Assembly: GCF_009834535.1 (NCBI RefSeq)
Contig: NC_045697.1
Location: 61,072,001 to 61,136,000 of the forward strand
Direction of reading: 5' to 3'
DNA length: 64,000 bases
Source: Camelus ferus
Lineage: Eukaryota
The notes under the pieces are model-generated. The model was not told the DNA's origin and did no database searches. It was given only the letters and a program-made list of their open reading frames with translations. Below are positions 50,014 to 63,135 of the stretch, piece after piece (position 1 is the stretch's first letter; every line of letters begins with the position of its first letter). The position numbers were made by a program, and so were the translations under genes.

Positions 50014-51699
50014 GTTATGGGCTTAACTTCCAGAAGAATTCAAAACCCAAATAAGCAAAAGTGGTTACTTTATGGGTGTTCACTGAAGTAACAGACTGTC
50101 TTTGACTTTTTAAATTTCTACTTTTCTGTAGTGCTTGAATTTTTTATTAGCATTGTTTGTGTGTTATTACCACATGTTAGGCTGACCAGGGGAATAAATT
50201 AGAAGGGAAAGGACTTCAGATATCAAGATGGCAGGTTAGGAGTGAGGTGAAGCAAGCTCTGAGGATTTGCAGGAGTAGTAGGCAAGATCTGAGTGTCCCA
50301 GACTTAAAATTCCATTAGCAGAGACAGCAAGATAGAGTTGTATCAATAATCATGAAGTAGGGCTAAATAAGTTATTCAACGATCAGCCAGAGAAAACTTC
50401 AAATAGGAACAAGGGCTTGGAATGGACCATTTTATTATATCCCTCATCTCTGTCCCCAGTATTATACTGTATAATCTATCTGCACAGTACAGGTTTTGGG
50501 CACAAATATTTTAGCACAGACTGGGGTGAAATGGTTGTTATTGAGCTGGCATTTCAGGATACTTGGCTAATCTTAACATACATGAATTTTTGAACATTTA
50601 TGCAAAATACACTGACAAAATGATCATGATCTTTTTCTTTTAAAATCTATACTGAAAATTGTTACTATGATTATGTTACTATAGATTTAAGTTGTTAGAC
50701 AATGAGATATACTGTGTATCTACTTTGTATTACAAGTAGTTATGCTGGACCAATTGACCTAAAGTAATTAAGAACAATGAACCGTAATATTGGTTTCATC
50801 CAGCAACAATTTTAAAAGATACTATAAAAGGATAGAAGTAATTATTGTTTCAGCCTTGAAAATCACTAGCAAAAACAAATCCAAGACACGTATCTACTTT
50901 TTAATAAATCAGAAGTTAGTGCAACCTCTATATAAATACATTTTTATGATTACCTAGACATGTAAATAAAGGAAGGAACTATTCAAATAACAAGCACAAA
51001 TACAACAGGCATAGCATGAGACTGAAATAAATATGTCAAATAATGTGTTCTATATACAGCAATTCTATTTCTCACATTTTAGCATATACTAGAAACATTA
51101 ATTCATAAATGTTGAACCTTAATTTGAGAGCTCTGGCAGTTAAGCAAACAATTAGAAATCACATGTAGTAGTACTAGATGAGAATTTAAGAATGTAATAT
51201 TTGTGTTCAAATAATGTATAACAGTTTAAACTGTCTATTTTTATAATGTATGTATTCATAACTGTAATAAAATCTATTTGTTTGAATCATTAGAACCCAC
51301 ATAAATTGACTGCAACCTAGGGACCAAAATTTTATGATTTGCTTGAATTATTATTCTAAAGTTAGTTCTGGCAGTTTAAATGAATCAGTGAATTATAAAA
51401 ATGTAGGGCTGGAAGCCATCTCAAAGTCACCTTTTCCAACCGTGCAGAAGCAATCGAAACAAATGGAGTCTATCAGATGGCTATCTGTCTTGTCATTAAA
51501 AATTTCCCTTAAGAGAAATTTACCAGTCTCCCTGGGTACATGGCTCTGAGGCCTGATTGGCCTGATTACCTTGAAACTAAGTCTGCTTTTCTACTAAAAT
51601 ACTTAACAACATCAAAAATATTTGAAAGCCTTTTGGAAAGTTTGACTTTCTTAATCTTTTAATATTCAGTGTAACACTGGAAAGAGAACAGAGCACAGA

Positions 51700-51990
51700 G
51701 GAGGTTTAGGGTAGTGAAAATAGTCTATGATATTGTAATGACGGATACTTGTCATTAGACTTTTGTCCACACCCACAGAATGTACAGCACCAAGGATGAG
51801 CCCTAGGGTAAACTAGAGACTTGGGGTGATTATGATGTGTCAATGTAGGTTCATCAAGTGTAACAAATGTATCTTTCTGGTAAGTGATGTTGATAACAGG
51901 AGAGGCTCTGTGTGTGTGGAGGCTGGGGGAACATGTGAGACTTCTGTAACTTCCTCTCAACTGTGCTGTAAATCTAAAACAGGTCAAAAA
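51700..51990 (+). mobile_element. L1MC-like 3' end
   Basis: gacttggggtgattatgatgtgtcaatgtaggttcatc..ctgtaaatctaaaac plus poly-A. Confidence 0.8.
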
Positions 51991-52371
51991 AAAAAAGGTA
52001 AATCTTTTAAAAAAATGAGAGACTTTTCTCCTTTTTCTTAAGATTATCTACAGTTACATCCTATGCCCTCTATTCAGTTCTCTACTCCTTTCTCACACTG
52101 TATCTCTCCCCAGTTTCCTTCCAATCACTGTCTCTGACTATGTTTATAGTCAAGTTTTCTAGTCTCCAAAACAGCTTTTTCTTAACATAATGTAACTTTT
52201 AAGAATTGTAGACTTATCTATACTTTGGAGTTAATCACATCTTTATTTACTGAATTGTTCTAGACATTATGTGTTGCATTCATTCCCCCAACTTTAACAT
52301 CTAATCTTATTCTTAACCCTTTCTTATTTTGATCATTATTTATTCATTAAATAATCATTTCTGAATTCCTA

Positions 52372-52800
52372 TTATGTTCCCCAAACCGATGGTGGTTGGA
52401 TGAGCAATGAAATAGTCACAGGGTGGGCGGTATTAAAAACAAGCTTTGTTTTGCAAAGCATATATCCTAATTCTATTAGAACTTCTGCTTTAGACATCAT
52501 TGATAACAGTGTAACTGTCACATCTAGCAGCCCTTCCTCAGTGCGCTGACTTGGTCTTTCTGGAATGTATGATCTAATTGACTCTTTCTCAACAATTGTT
52601 CCTGCCTTAGTTTCTGTGGATGTAAATCTCACAGGGAATGCAGGAGTACTCCATATTGGCTTACTCCAGGAATGAGACAAAAATAAAGTAGCTAATATCA
52701 AACTCTTAGACTCAATTCCCTTATCCGTACTGCTTTTGATGTCTAGATTCTTGTAAAATAACATCAGATGTTCTCTCTCCGCCCTCTTGACACAACACTG
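52372..52800 (-). other. Candidate endogenous bornavirus-like nucleoprotein (EBLN) fragment
   Basis: 130-aa ORF (52372-52764) inside L2-like flanks; motif spacing LD..SL..LIPG..ST....G...Y..E...QR matches my recollection of bornavirus N. Confidence 0.5.
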
Positions 52801-54707
52801 CTGCTCAAAAAAGCTTACTCCTTAGATCTCAAAAGATGTGATTTTACTTTTATAATAGCCTACAACCTAACCCAGCTTTGTCATTCTCTCATCTTATGAG
52901 TCTGTAGGATATATGGCCACAGAATTATCTTTCTTAAGTAGATCAGTGATTATGTCATATACTTGTCTAAAACTTTTATACTTTTCCAGTACCAAGAACT
53001 GGTGACTCAATATATGTCATTTCCCCCTTTCTGACTCAAAATCATATATTTCTTCCCCTCTCCTCACACCCCCAATAAGCAGAGAGCATGTTCACAAACA
53101 CACACAAACAAAAGCTCTGTGAAGACAAGGACTTAGTCTTGTTCACTGCTCTATACCCAGGATGGAGCACCATGCTTGGCATGTATTAAATGACTAATAA
53201 ATATATTTCAGATGCATGAATACATAAATGAACAAATGATTCTATTACACATCTCTCTCAGTACTTTGAGAATAGTAGCTATTTTAGAGGAATGTTATCC
53301 GCATAACCCCTAGAATATCACTGTGTACTGTTGGCACTGCTTATACATAGGTCCAACTAGAGGCAGAGCTCTTGTTTAAATCTTCTCTTTGCTGAAGAGA
53401 AAATTGGGCTTAAGATCAGATAACATTTCCAATATTTCATTCAACGGCATTGATGAGTTTATTTCCACGTGAGATGTTTTCCCTCTTTTTTTCCATTCAA
53501 ATTATTAGTTGCTCTTTCTTTAGTATTTTAAGTTCCAGCTCACATGCTCTCACTCACTCAGTCTCTTTCGATCACTCCTGTGGAATTTTGTTTTGCCTGT
53601 GTTGTAGAGAAGTGAGTATTTGGTCTAATGGATTTGCAGAAGACATGCTTTTTTTTTTTCCTATTAGGTGTGTTACCGTAACTTTTTCTTTTCAATCATA
53701 TTTTTTATCTGCAAAATCATAATATTTCCTTTTGTATGTAACAGTAAATGCAGGTGTTTTGGGTTGAGTGTTTGCATATGGCTGGGGTGACATAGGGTAG
53801 TAAGTTGTGCCATGTGGTTGCCAGATTATTGTCAAAAATTTGTATCTTCAAAAATCTCTTCTTTCCAAAATCTGTCAGAAATAGTACTGATAATGACTCA
53901 CCCAAAATGTATGCAAATATTGTGGTTTTGAATGCAAAAATGTACACAAATAGATTTTGCACACAAACGTCTTTCTTTGGGCATCTGCCCTCATCCCGAG
54001 GGGCTCACCTTTTTTCACTGATAAGGATACATCAGTGAAAAGTCTAAGCAGTGTCTTAACAAGTGAAATTATATCAAACATATATTTAAACTAAGTTTTT
54101 CCATTACCAAATTGTGCCTTGATGTTACATGATAGGAATCAAGGGCGGCTCTGAGAAAAGTTGAATAAATTTTCATTGCATTTATGCTCTGGAGGCTATG
54201 ATGGGGATATCTTTCCATGACCTCATGTAATGTCCCACTTACAAGAGAATAACAACAGAATAAGTTCCTTTCAAGCCAACCTTTGAAAAACAGGTTGTGG
54301 ATTCAGCAACTTGTTTTGTTTTTTGTTTTTTGTTTTTTGTTTTGAGGATATCGTGCACATTGACTAAAACTGAAAAACAGCTTTGAGCTCTTGCCTTTGT
54401 GTTCAGGATGTCAGCCCTACTGTCCGGTTAGGTGTTTGGGCAGCTGTGTGTATGTGTGTGCTTTTGTTATTACAATACTAGCTTTCATAATTACTGACAT
54501 AACTTAATGTCTACATCTGAAGTGAGACTCAAGGAAGTAAACAATATACAATATATACATAAATATGAATAGTATCAGTGAATGATGAAAGTGAATTTAT
54601 TTTATAGTTGGATTTATTGCTAAAATATCTTAATTGTAACTCATAAGTTAATGTGTATCCCATTTTCTAAAAATAAATGAGATGATTAACAAATAACTTC
54701 TTTGCAG

Positions 54708-54821
54708 CCTGGATTTTCAAAGAGAAACTGAAAGAAGAAAGCAAAACAATATGAATAATGGAAACAGAAAAAGAGTGATATTGTGAAAGCAGAGGAGAAT
54801 ATTATCTCACATTTTTTAATG
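54708..54821 (+). pseudogene. Exon remnant (..KKKAKQYE*WKQKKSDIVKAEENIISHFLM)
   Basis: Acceptor aacttctttgcag, donor ATG|gtaact; 114 nt. Confidence 0.6.
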
Positions 54822-55112
54822 GTAACTTTAAGATTTATTTTATCTACTTCTGTAAACCCTGCCCTTGTCCCCAAAGACTACAATTCATTTCCCTAAATTA
54901 TCAGGGTATTGTTGTTAACCAAGTTAAAACCTGGGGATCGACAAAGCAATTGTAAGTCTAAGGTTTCTGTGCTCTAAAACTTTAACTGCAATAAAATTCC
55001 TACATCAGAGTAACACAAACACAGTGCTGTTCATCTATGTCTACTTAATTCCTCGCGCATCTTCCCAAGCGATTCTTTGAGATAATATCTTAATGAAGCC
55101 ATGGGGAGATCT

Positions 55113-55115
<3 letters not shown>

Positions 55116-55144
<29 letters not shown>

Positions 55145-55164
55145 GTGTGTGTGTGTGTGTGTGT
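55116..55164. repeat. (TG)n microsatellite, interrupted
   Basis: Direct reading. Confidence 0.95.
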
Positions 55165-55409
55165 ATACACACATACATGTCTCTGTGTGTATAAGTAGTA
55201 TGTATGCATGTATAAATCTATGTGGATATAGCCTGTAGCATCTCTATCTTTTTTTCAAAAATCTGATTTGTAAGATTTTTTGAACTCTAATTTTTCTAGA
55301 AGTTATCTTTTTGCCTCATCTACTACAGTATGTCATTTACATGCAGGCTCAGCCCACAAATAATTTTAGTTTTTTTCCACTGTGAATAAATACAAACAAA
55401 ATCTAAACA

Positions 55410-55675
55410 CTCAAGGAATAGAGTGGTCAGTTTCAGAGGTAAGGTGTGTTGTGATAAAATGTCAATATGAGGTACCCTGTGGTGATGGAAATATTCTGTG
55501 TCTTGATTGTATCAATGTCAATATTCTGGTTGTGATTTTGTGCAGTAGCTTCACAAGGTATTGCTTCGGGGGGATTGAGTTAAAGGGTACAGAGATCTCT
55601 TCATGTTACTTCTTACAACTGTTTGTGGATCTGTAAGCACTGAAAAGTAAAAAAAAAAAATTCATTAAAAAAAGA
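55410..55675 (+). mobile_element. L1M 3' end
   Basis: gtggtgatggaaatattctgtgtcttgattgtatcaatgtcaatattctggttgtg plus poly-A. Confidence 0.7.
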
Positions 55676-56449
55676 TCTGCAATGATACTATACTTTCACC
55701 TAATTTCCCTCAAAGAAATAGTTAGCCTGCATTACTTATTAACTGACCCATCTTTTCCTTGTTAAGTAGAAACTAACTGTATATCTCTACTAAAGGCATA
55801 CAAACGTACACACACGTATTTATTTCTGAATTTTCTAACTGATCCCATAGATCTGCCTTTCTAACTTGATACTAATCATGTATTTAGCTTTTCATTACTT
55901 TGTTAAACATGGTGGTAATGGAAGTTGTTTTCTTTCAACTTTAAATTTTTGTTGTGCTTAATTGTATAGATTTAATACTTTAAACTGTCTCGTATTCATT
56001 GCTGAAAAAAACATTCTAAGTAATCATGTATCATTATTTTAATGTAGCACTCAGCTTGATTTACTAACATTTTTATTTAAGCTTTTTCATCTGTTAGACC
56101 TAATATTTCAGGCATGTGTGTGGGGTATAAACTTCATAATATTCTGATACTAAAATGATTTTCACTTCATTCCAATCATGTGGTTGCTTCTCATTGCCAT
56201 GGCATCATTATTTAAGCTTACACTTGTGAAGTCACACAGACGCCTCTCCACTCTGCAGACACATCTATTTTGGTCTCATTCCCTGCATGGGCCTTAAAGC
56301 TCCTAAACTTTGGTTGTCTTAGTTCACATTCCCATGTTCAGCTATGGTTCCTCAAGACAGACTTCACTGAGGTGAAAGATTGCACCCATATTCTAGCAAT
56401 GTAGAGAAAATAATTTTGTGTTTCTCCAGAGTTGAAGCATTCTGAATAA

Positions 56450-56935
56450 ATTTTGCTAAGACCTGAGACCTGGTCTTAGAACAAGTACTGGGAGGTTAAC
56501 AGTCACCTACATAGATAATGAGAGCACTCAAGAGCACTGACCTAACGCTTGAGACAGGCGTGTATGTTTCAAGGGAAAGTCATACGCAGGACCTTGAAGG
56601 CATCCTTAGGTAGTGAAATCCAGAAACACTGGGTATATCTGGCTCCTAGAGTGAGAACCCAGAATTCTTTCCATATGGTTATAATGAGAACCCAGAATTC
56701 TTTTTTCCCATTGCCAAGGTTTCTGTGCCTCCTCCCGGCAGAGAAGATCAAGGCAACTGCCTTCTTCTTCCGTATATAAGCAGAGAAAATCCATTGTTCT
56801 TTGTTTTCTTTGTCCCTCACCTACGGAGTGTTTGGCCACACATGTAGGAGATTTTTTCTATCTGGTTTTCATTGTGTCATCTCAGGGGTAAAACTGGGCC
56901 AAAGAGGGCCAGTGCTATGACTATCATTTAAATAA
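56450..56935 (+). mobile_element. Probable LTR with internal 19-bp direct repeat
   Basis: tatataa box at ~56773; tgagaacccagaattcttt twice; boundaries uncertain. Confidence 0.4.
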
Positions 56936-57109
56936 TAACAACTAATCTCTCTGATCCAGAACACTCATGTATATATTCTGAGTAAAATTAATAAAAGTTA
57001 ATATTAAAAACACTGTGTGCATTCTCTGTGCCTGAAAATGCATCTGGCACCTAGACCATAAGCACCATTTCTGATTCCTTCTTTCCTCAAGAATTCAAAG
57101 AAAAATGCC

Positions 57110-57410
57110 ATTTGTGGAATCTAAAAAAAAAAAAAAAAGGACACAAAGGAATTTATCTACAGAACAGAAACAGACTCAAAAACATAGAGAAGAAATTTAT
57201 GGTTACCAGGGGGTAAAAGGGGGTTGAAAGGGATAAATCGGGAGTTCAAAATGCGCACCTCTGGGGGAGTGATGGAAATGTTACCTACCTTGACTGCGGT
57301 CGTGGTGTCATAGGTGTATACATCTACCAAAATTCATCAAATTGTAACCTGAGATACCTGTAGTTTACTGTACAGGAATCATACCACAATAAAGGTGCTT
57401 AAAAAGAAAG
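57110..57410 (+). mobile_element. L1 3' end fragments
   Basis: gtggaatctaaaaaaa..gaacagaaacagactcaaaaacatagagaagaaatttatggttacc. Confidence 0.75.
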
Positions 57411-58288
57411 AATTCTAGTTCTCTTTTCCTATAACTGGGCTTTTGTTGTGAGAATAAAAATCAAGAACTGTGCTGAGTACAAGTGGTACAGGAATGGTTT
57501 CGGATGTGGTTTCTATCAATAATTATCATGCACTAGTGTGAGACAGTCATACAAACAAGTAAGTGCAAACAAGTTCTACAGTCCTTTCCCTCGTAGGAAG
57601 CATTTCAGAGGAAGTGAAAACACAGAGAGGTGGGAAGTAAGTTAAACCTAATCTTGGTGGAAATGGGAAAGTCTTCATAGGGGATATCCATACATTTAAC
57701 AAATATTTGTTGATCACTTGCTCAGTGTCATGCACAGTTTTAGCCACTAGGTGTGGAGAAAGGTGAATGTCTGTCCTTAAGAGAGCTGTTGTTTCGTGGA
57801 AGAGTCAAAATGTAACCTTTAACTAAGGGCTGTGATAGGCTGCGTGTGAGGGGTGGACAGATAAATATTTTAGGAAGCAGAACTGTCAAGGTTCAGTGTC
57901 AGCTAGAATGAAGGACATGGAGAAAAGAGGAGCTTAAGATGAGTAGATGAGTATCTTTTCTGGTTTAGATGATAAGATGAACGGCAGTGCCATTAAAAAG
58001 AAAAATCTAGAAATAATTGGGTCTATGTTTAGAGCTCAGAAGAGAGGTCAAGGCTGTTGGTAAGGATTTTTCCAGCATCACCACATAGATAAAAGTTTCC
58101 CCAAAGTACCATATTTTCTCCCACCCTTTTTCTTCCACACACAAGGCAAAAATCAAAGACATCAATTATTCTTACTGATCAGGAACACAGACTAAGAAAC
58201 TTTAGTCTTAACCTTCCAGATAGCACTATAAAATTATTACATTTGACAGATAAGATAAAACCAATTCCTTTTTTTTTTCCTTTTCAAG

Positions 58289-58399
58289 CTAAAGGAACGA
58301 TTTTAATAACTGTAGCACAAATATAACTAGTAGAACTATCAGAGGAGCTAAAGCAAAATTTAAAGCATAGAAAAATTAGAGTTATGGGATAAAAGAGAA
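58289..58399 (+). pseudogene. Exon remnant (LKERF..SIEKLELWDKRE)
   Basis: Very strong acceptor ttttttttccttttcaag, donor GAA|gtatga; 111 nt; multiple stops. Confidence 0.5.
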
Positions 58400-58664
58400 G
58401 TATGATAGACCAAAAATAAGTGAAAGCAGACTCGAGTCATATTGTTATGATGTAAGTCATTATATTCTGTAGTCAAAATCATATCATGCAATCTTAGTAT
58501 TATGGGAAAAAAATTAAGACAGGTGTCGGGCCTATTTTGTGACTACAGTCTTTTAATAAGATTACATTCTACATAAACAACCTAGACGATGCCCTGCTAT
58601 TGGAAAAGTTAAAAAGGTAGTTTTGCTAGCATAGAATGTTATTACTGAGCACTGTGTAAATGAT

Positions 58665-59097
58665 AATGTGTTAGTTAAGGTTCCCCAGAGAAACAGAACC
58701 AGTGACATCTACATTCTACGTCTGTGTCTGTGTCTCTGTCTCTATGTTTCTATCTATAAAATAGACTTGTTTCAAGGAATTGGATTTTGTGATTGTGGAG
58801 ACTGGCAATGGACAACTTCCAGGCAGGAGCTGATTCTGCAAATGTGAGAAAGGATTTTTCCTTCCCTAAAAAAAGAAAGAAAAGAAAAGAAATACTCAAT
58901 TTTTGCACGTCAGGCCTTTCAGCTGGTTAGATGAAGCCCACCTACATTATCAAGGTAATTTCTTTATCTTAAAGTCAGCTGATGGTAGACGTTAACCACA
59001 TCTACAAAATGTCTCCACCACACCACCTAGACTGGTGTTTGTTTGAATACCAGGTGAGGTCGCCTAGCCAAGGTAACACCTGAAAATAACCAGTGCA
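58665..59097. mobile_element. MLT2 (ERVL) LTR
   Basis: ggttccccagagaaacagaaccag..caaggaattgg..gcctagccaagg..aaaataacca. Confidence 0.8.
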
Positions 59098-60000
59098 CAT
59101 ACTTTTGCTCACAATACAGAGGAAGTGTCAGTTGTCTCCATGGTCTCAGTGTGTCCCTTGTTATCTTGTAAATGTGTGGTGGTATGGATACAGGACATGA
59201 TATTCAAGAATGTCTCTGACAGGTTGCTGACACCAGTCTTCTTTTGCACACTCTGGGTTAAAACAGGGCTCAGAAACTTTGAGTGTGCCACCTCCTTAGC
59301 TGGGCCCCTAGGTTCAGTTAAGATGTGGTAGAAATTATCACTCAGTGGTTTAGATGTACAGCCCAGGGCAGACCAAATATAGCTCCCAGATGAAATCAAG
59401 ATCAATACTCTCCTTCCTGGTTGAACCTTCCTTCAGGGCAGTTGGCAAAAGTCAGAGGTAAAAAGTGTTCTGCTTTCCCAAAGCCCCTCAAGCAATTTCT
59501 ATGGAGGGAAATGGAACAGCTGAGATGGTTCTGTGGCTCGACTCAGAGGCACAAACTTTTAAAAATGTTTAGCATTTTTTCTAATGCTTCACAGACATGA
59601 TCTGATGTTTTTATAAACTGATGGTTGTTTCACTAAACATAAATGCTGGTTTATTTCTTGAGTTGAAAAACACTACTAAAATTGAGCACAATTCAGTACA
59701 AAGTGTTCCTCTAAAGCGACAGCATTTATCTGTATTAAAGATTTTTAAATGTTTTAACAGAAAGAGGAATATGCAGGAGGAGGGTGGGAGCGAGGAAGGG
59801 CATAGAAAGAGTGGGAGAAGTTAATGCAGAAAGAAAAGCTATATATTTCCAGTTACTTGATTTTGTTCAATTGTATTTATAACTTTCAAAACTATAATCA
59901 AAGAGCAAATATTATGTGCTATAGCACAAGGCTTAAATTATTAAGATTAGGGGAAAACTTTACTTCATCAAGTTAATTGAGAAATTCATTTTTTAAAAAG

Positions 60001-60733
60001 AATTCTCTCTCGGAATTAAAAAAAAAACTATACAATAGTGTATATTAACTAAATATGGTAAAAAGAATAGACCAGATAGGTGATAAGAGGGAAAAAACAC
60101 CAAAAAATGGAAAACTGAGGCACTAATAATAAAAATAAACACTTCATAATGTTGGAATAATTATAATATCTAAGTGCTTTTGGCACATTTTATATCGAGG
60201 CAAAGTGGTACATAACGGTCTCCATATTTCTAATCATGCCATAGAACCCCTGTAAGGAAGGATTCGTCTTTAGGGAAGTTTGACTACCTGCAACGTTTTT
60301 GATACAAACAACACAAAGCCTCAAACAAACAAAACCTGACATTGAAATTGGCCCTATTAGAAATACTGTATTTGATTTAGGAAATAGTATGAAATAGCCA
60401 TCAGTTATGTTTTCACTTCATTTATGTAAGTTATTTGTATGCCATTTGAATCTGTATAACCACTCAAAATATTCAACCAGAAGGATGTAATAAATATTTG
60501 TTGAGGATTTCAGTACTAACTAAGCCGACTGTATTTTATAAAACCAAAGCAGACTACTGGAAAAAATTAATTTCTAGTTGGTTTTTACAAACCAATCTTT
60601 TTTTAAAAAAAATCCTTACTTTAGGTAGATTTCAATATCACTTCATCAAAGATGATGTAAAATTAGCACCTTGACAACCTTGAAGAGAGAATACTTGCAT
60701 TTTGTGCTAGAGATCTATTCTTGAAGAATTCTT
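60001..60733 (+). pseudogene. Two exon remnants, ~60001-60079 (NSLSELKKKLYNSVY*LNM..) and 60625-60733 (..HLDNLEERILAFCARDLF..)
   Basis: AG acceptors at 60000 and 60624, GT donors; frames ambiguous. Confidence 0.4.
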
Positions 60734-61061
60734 GTAATTCAAAATTTGTATTATTCAAAACTTACTTTTCCCCAGAGGAATAAAGTACATGAGAGGCACT
60801 GCCAGAGCACACGAACCTACACACTCTTTGTGTGGCTCTTGATCCACCTCACCAGCACTTTTTCATCATCCTTGCCTGCTTACATGTTGGTTTTTAAATT
60901 ATGAGCATTTCTGCTTTAGTGCCCTTTAAAACAATTGCTGCATTACCTCTGCATCGAGGGGTATAAAATCCTAAATTATCAGCAGAGTTTGTCCCGTTTT
61001 ATTTACTTGTTTCTTCTTCTTTTTTTTTTTTTTTTTGGTATTGTTTCTAATTTCGATTCAG

Positions 61062-61172
61062 AATTCATGATTTTAGAAATGATTTTTATTAGTGACATTA
61101 GCAATACTAAATAAAGCAAGCTTGGATGACACTGATACTGGAAGTGAAAATATTTCAAATTGGAAAAAACGG
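61062..61172 (+). pseudogene. Exon remnant (IHDFRND/LLVTLAILNKASLDDTDTGSENISNWKKR)
   Basis: Long T-tract acceptor, donor CGG|gtaaga; one frameshift in a T-run. Confidence 0.65.
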
Positions 61173-63135
61173 GTAAGAGTAAAATAACAGCACAGCAGGC
61201 ACCCGAAATCACTCACAGAAAAATCCAGCGCATTTAAACAACAAAACTGTAGTCAAGACATTGATGTTGTTGTACATATTGGTTTCCCAGCTTAAGTAGA
61301 TCTCCCATTTGGCCATAGCTAAAACAAAATGCTTTTTTCCTGACAACTCTGAAGTTATACAATTCTTGAGAAATTTTTATAATTTGCATCTTGTGTATTA
61401 TCTATATTAAAGAAATCTATATTAACACTTTATCGCACTAGAAAAATTGTTCTTAGAGACCTAAATTTTGTATCCAGTTTTTCATGAAGCTAAAATTGCT
61501 GTGAATTACCAAGGTTATGTCATGACTGTATGTGTGCTATATATGTGTATATGCTAATATGTTGTATGCATGCCAATTATTCACGCATTGCTTTTATCTA
61601 ATATGGTCTCATATAAACATATAAGTAGGTAAAAGTGATTAGAAATGAAGTTGATTTCGCTTTTTTTTTTTTTTTACCTTTGTGGTCAAGAACTATGTTT
61701 ATCTCATAGAAATATACTACCAGTACAGTGCTTCTGCACATGAGAAATGCCTTAGTCTGAAGCAAACTGCTTGCCTGGCGGAAGAAAATTCTTAGACAAG
61801 GGCTGGGTGTTGTTCTTTATTTGAGAATGCTGACAGAGCCCTGGGAAGGTGACGCAGTGAGAGGAATGCAGGCAACAGGTGGTGTACTGTTAAATGTGCT
61901 TCTGTGATCACTGGCTCAGCTCCGCAGGGACACCCCAGAAAACCGTGTGAAACATGTTTCAGAAGCAGCGTGGCCAAAAGTGAGGGACCTGGAGTATTGT
62001 TCACTCACCTCCACCCTTCTGTTACTGTATTGACCTGAAACAAAGGGACCGCTGGACATTTATCCAGCAAAGATGGGTTTACTGGGGCTCACTAGAGAAC
62101 TGCAATTTGAGTCTGCAACCAGAGGAAACGAAGAGTCCAAGGCTTTTACTGAGTCTTTGCCGAGAAAGAAGAGGAGTCTCGTCCTGGTGGGCTCTGCTTT
62201 TGTCTCAGAGCATGAGAGCTCCCCCTTCTGGTCTCTCAATTCTATATTATTGAGATTTCTGTTTATTAATTTTTTACAGTTGGTTATGGGGTGGGCTTCA
62301 GTTGGGGCCTGTTATCTCTCAGGCATTCCCAATCCACTGGGCTTGTGGGCGAAGAGGGCCCAGCAGCCTGCGGGCAGCTCTTCCACAAAGCAAAGTCCAG
62401 CTGCAAATGGAAATGTAAAGGTGCCTTAAGGATATGGGCCAAGGGCTGACTGAATCCATACAATGAGTAATCTGAAAACGCTTAATAAACAAAGGAGTCA
62501 AGTGAAATAATTGTGTAGTATTAAGAGCTAGAGCTATAAAATACAAACTGGTTGTTTAATTGAAAGTTTGTTTTAAGAACTGAAGAAAAAATGTTCTTAT
62601 GCAATGATGCCTGCTCATTTTGATTTAGGAAATAACGATTTAAACAAAGTTTTATTTCTCACCAGATTTTAATTTATAAATTTTCTCAAATAATATTTAT
62701 GTATCAATTATTCAGTTCAAAAGACTGTACATTTTCAATGTCTCAATCTTACCAAAAAAAAAGGGAATATTATTTCTCATACTCTTCTTTTTCAAGCCCT
62801 TACATCTTTGAAACTAAACTGTGAGCTTGTGTTTCTGTAACTCGGGTTAAACACACAGGTTTGGGAGTCAAAGACTCCTGTGTGCCCGACTTTAAAACTT
62901 AGACGGGATGCAGCATATCCCTTCTAAACTATGAAAAGATGTGTCTCTGAAGTACATGTTTCCTAGTGAAATTAAATTCTATAAATATTGAGCAACCAGC
63001 ACACACAAAGCACAGTGTTCCAGATTGCTCCATCAGCACTAAAAGATCATGAGACTACCATTCCTCACCTCTCTCCAGCTGGTACTGTGGGGGCTGTGAA
63101 CTCTGAGAGCAGCCTTTGACACATCTTTCTTGCAG

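Noticed and set aside
52399..52757. Bornavirus matrix-like reading on + strand (IVTGWAVL)
   Set aside because: Motif spacing does not fit M and the frame has stops; the minus-strand N-like alignment is better
61062..61172. PIDD1 death-domain match (IHDFRND vs RHEFRDD)
   Set aside because: Only about 7 residues and far from the UPA-like region; likely coincidence
62073..62429. 118-aa ORF
   Set aside because: No recognisable homology or exon structure; GC-richer sequence lowers stop density
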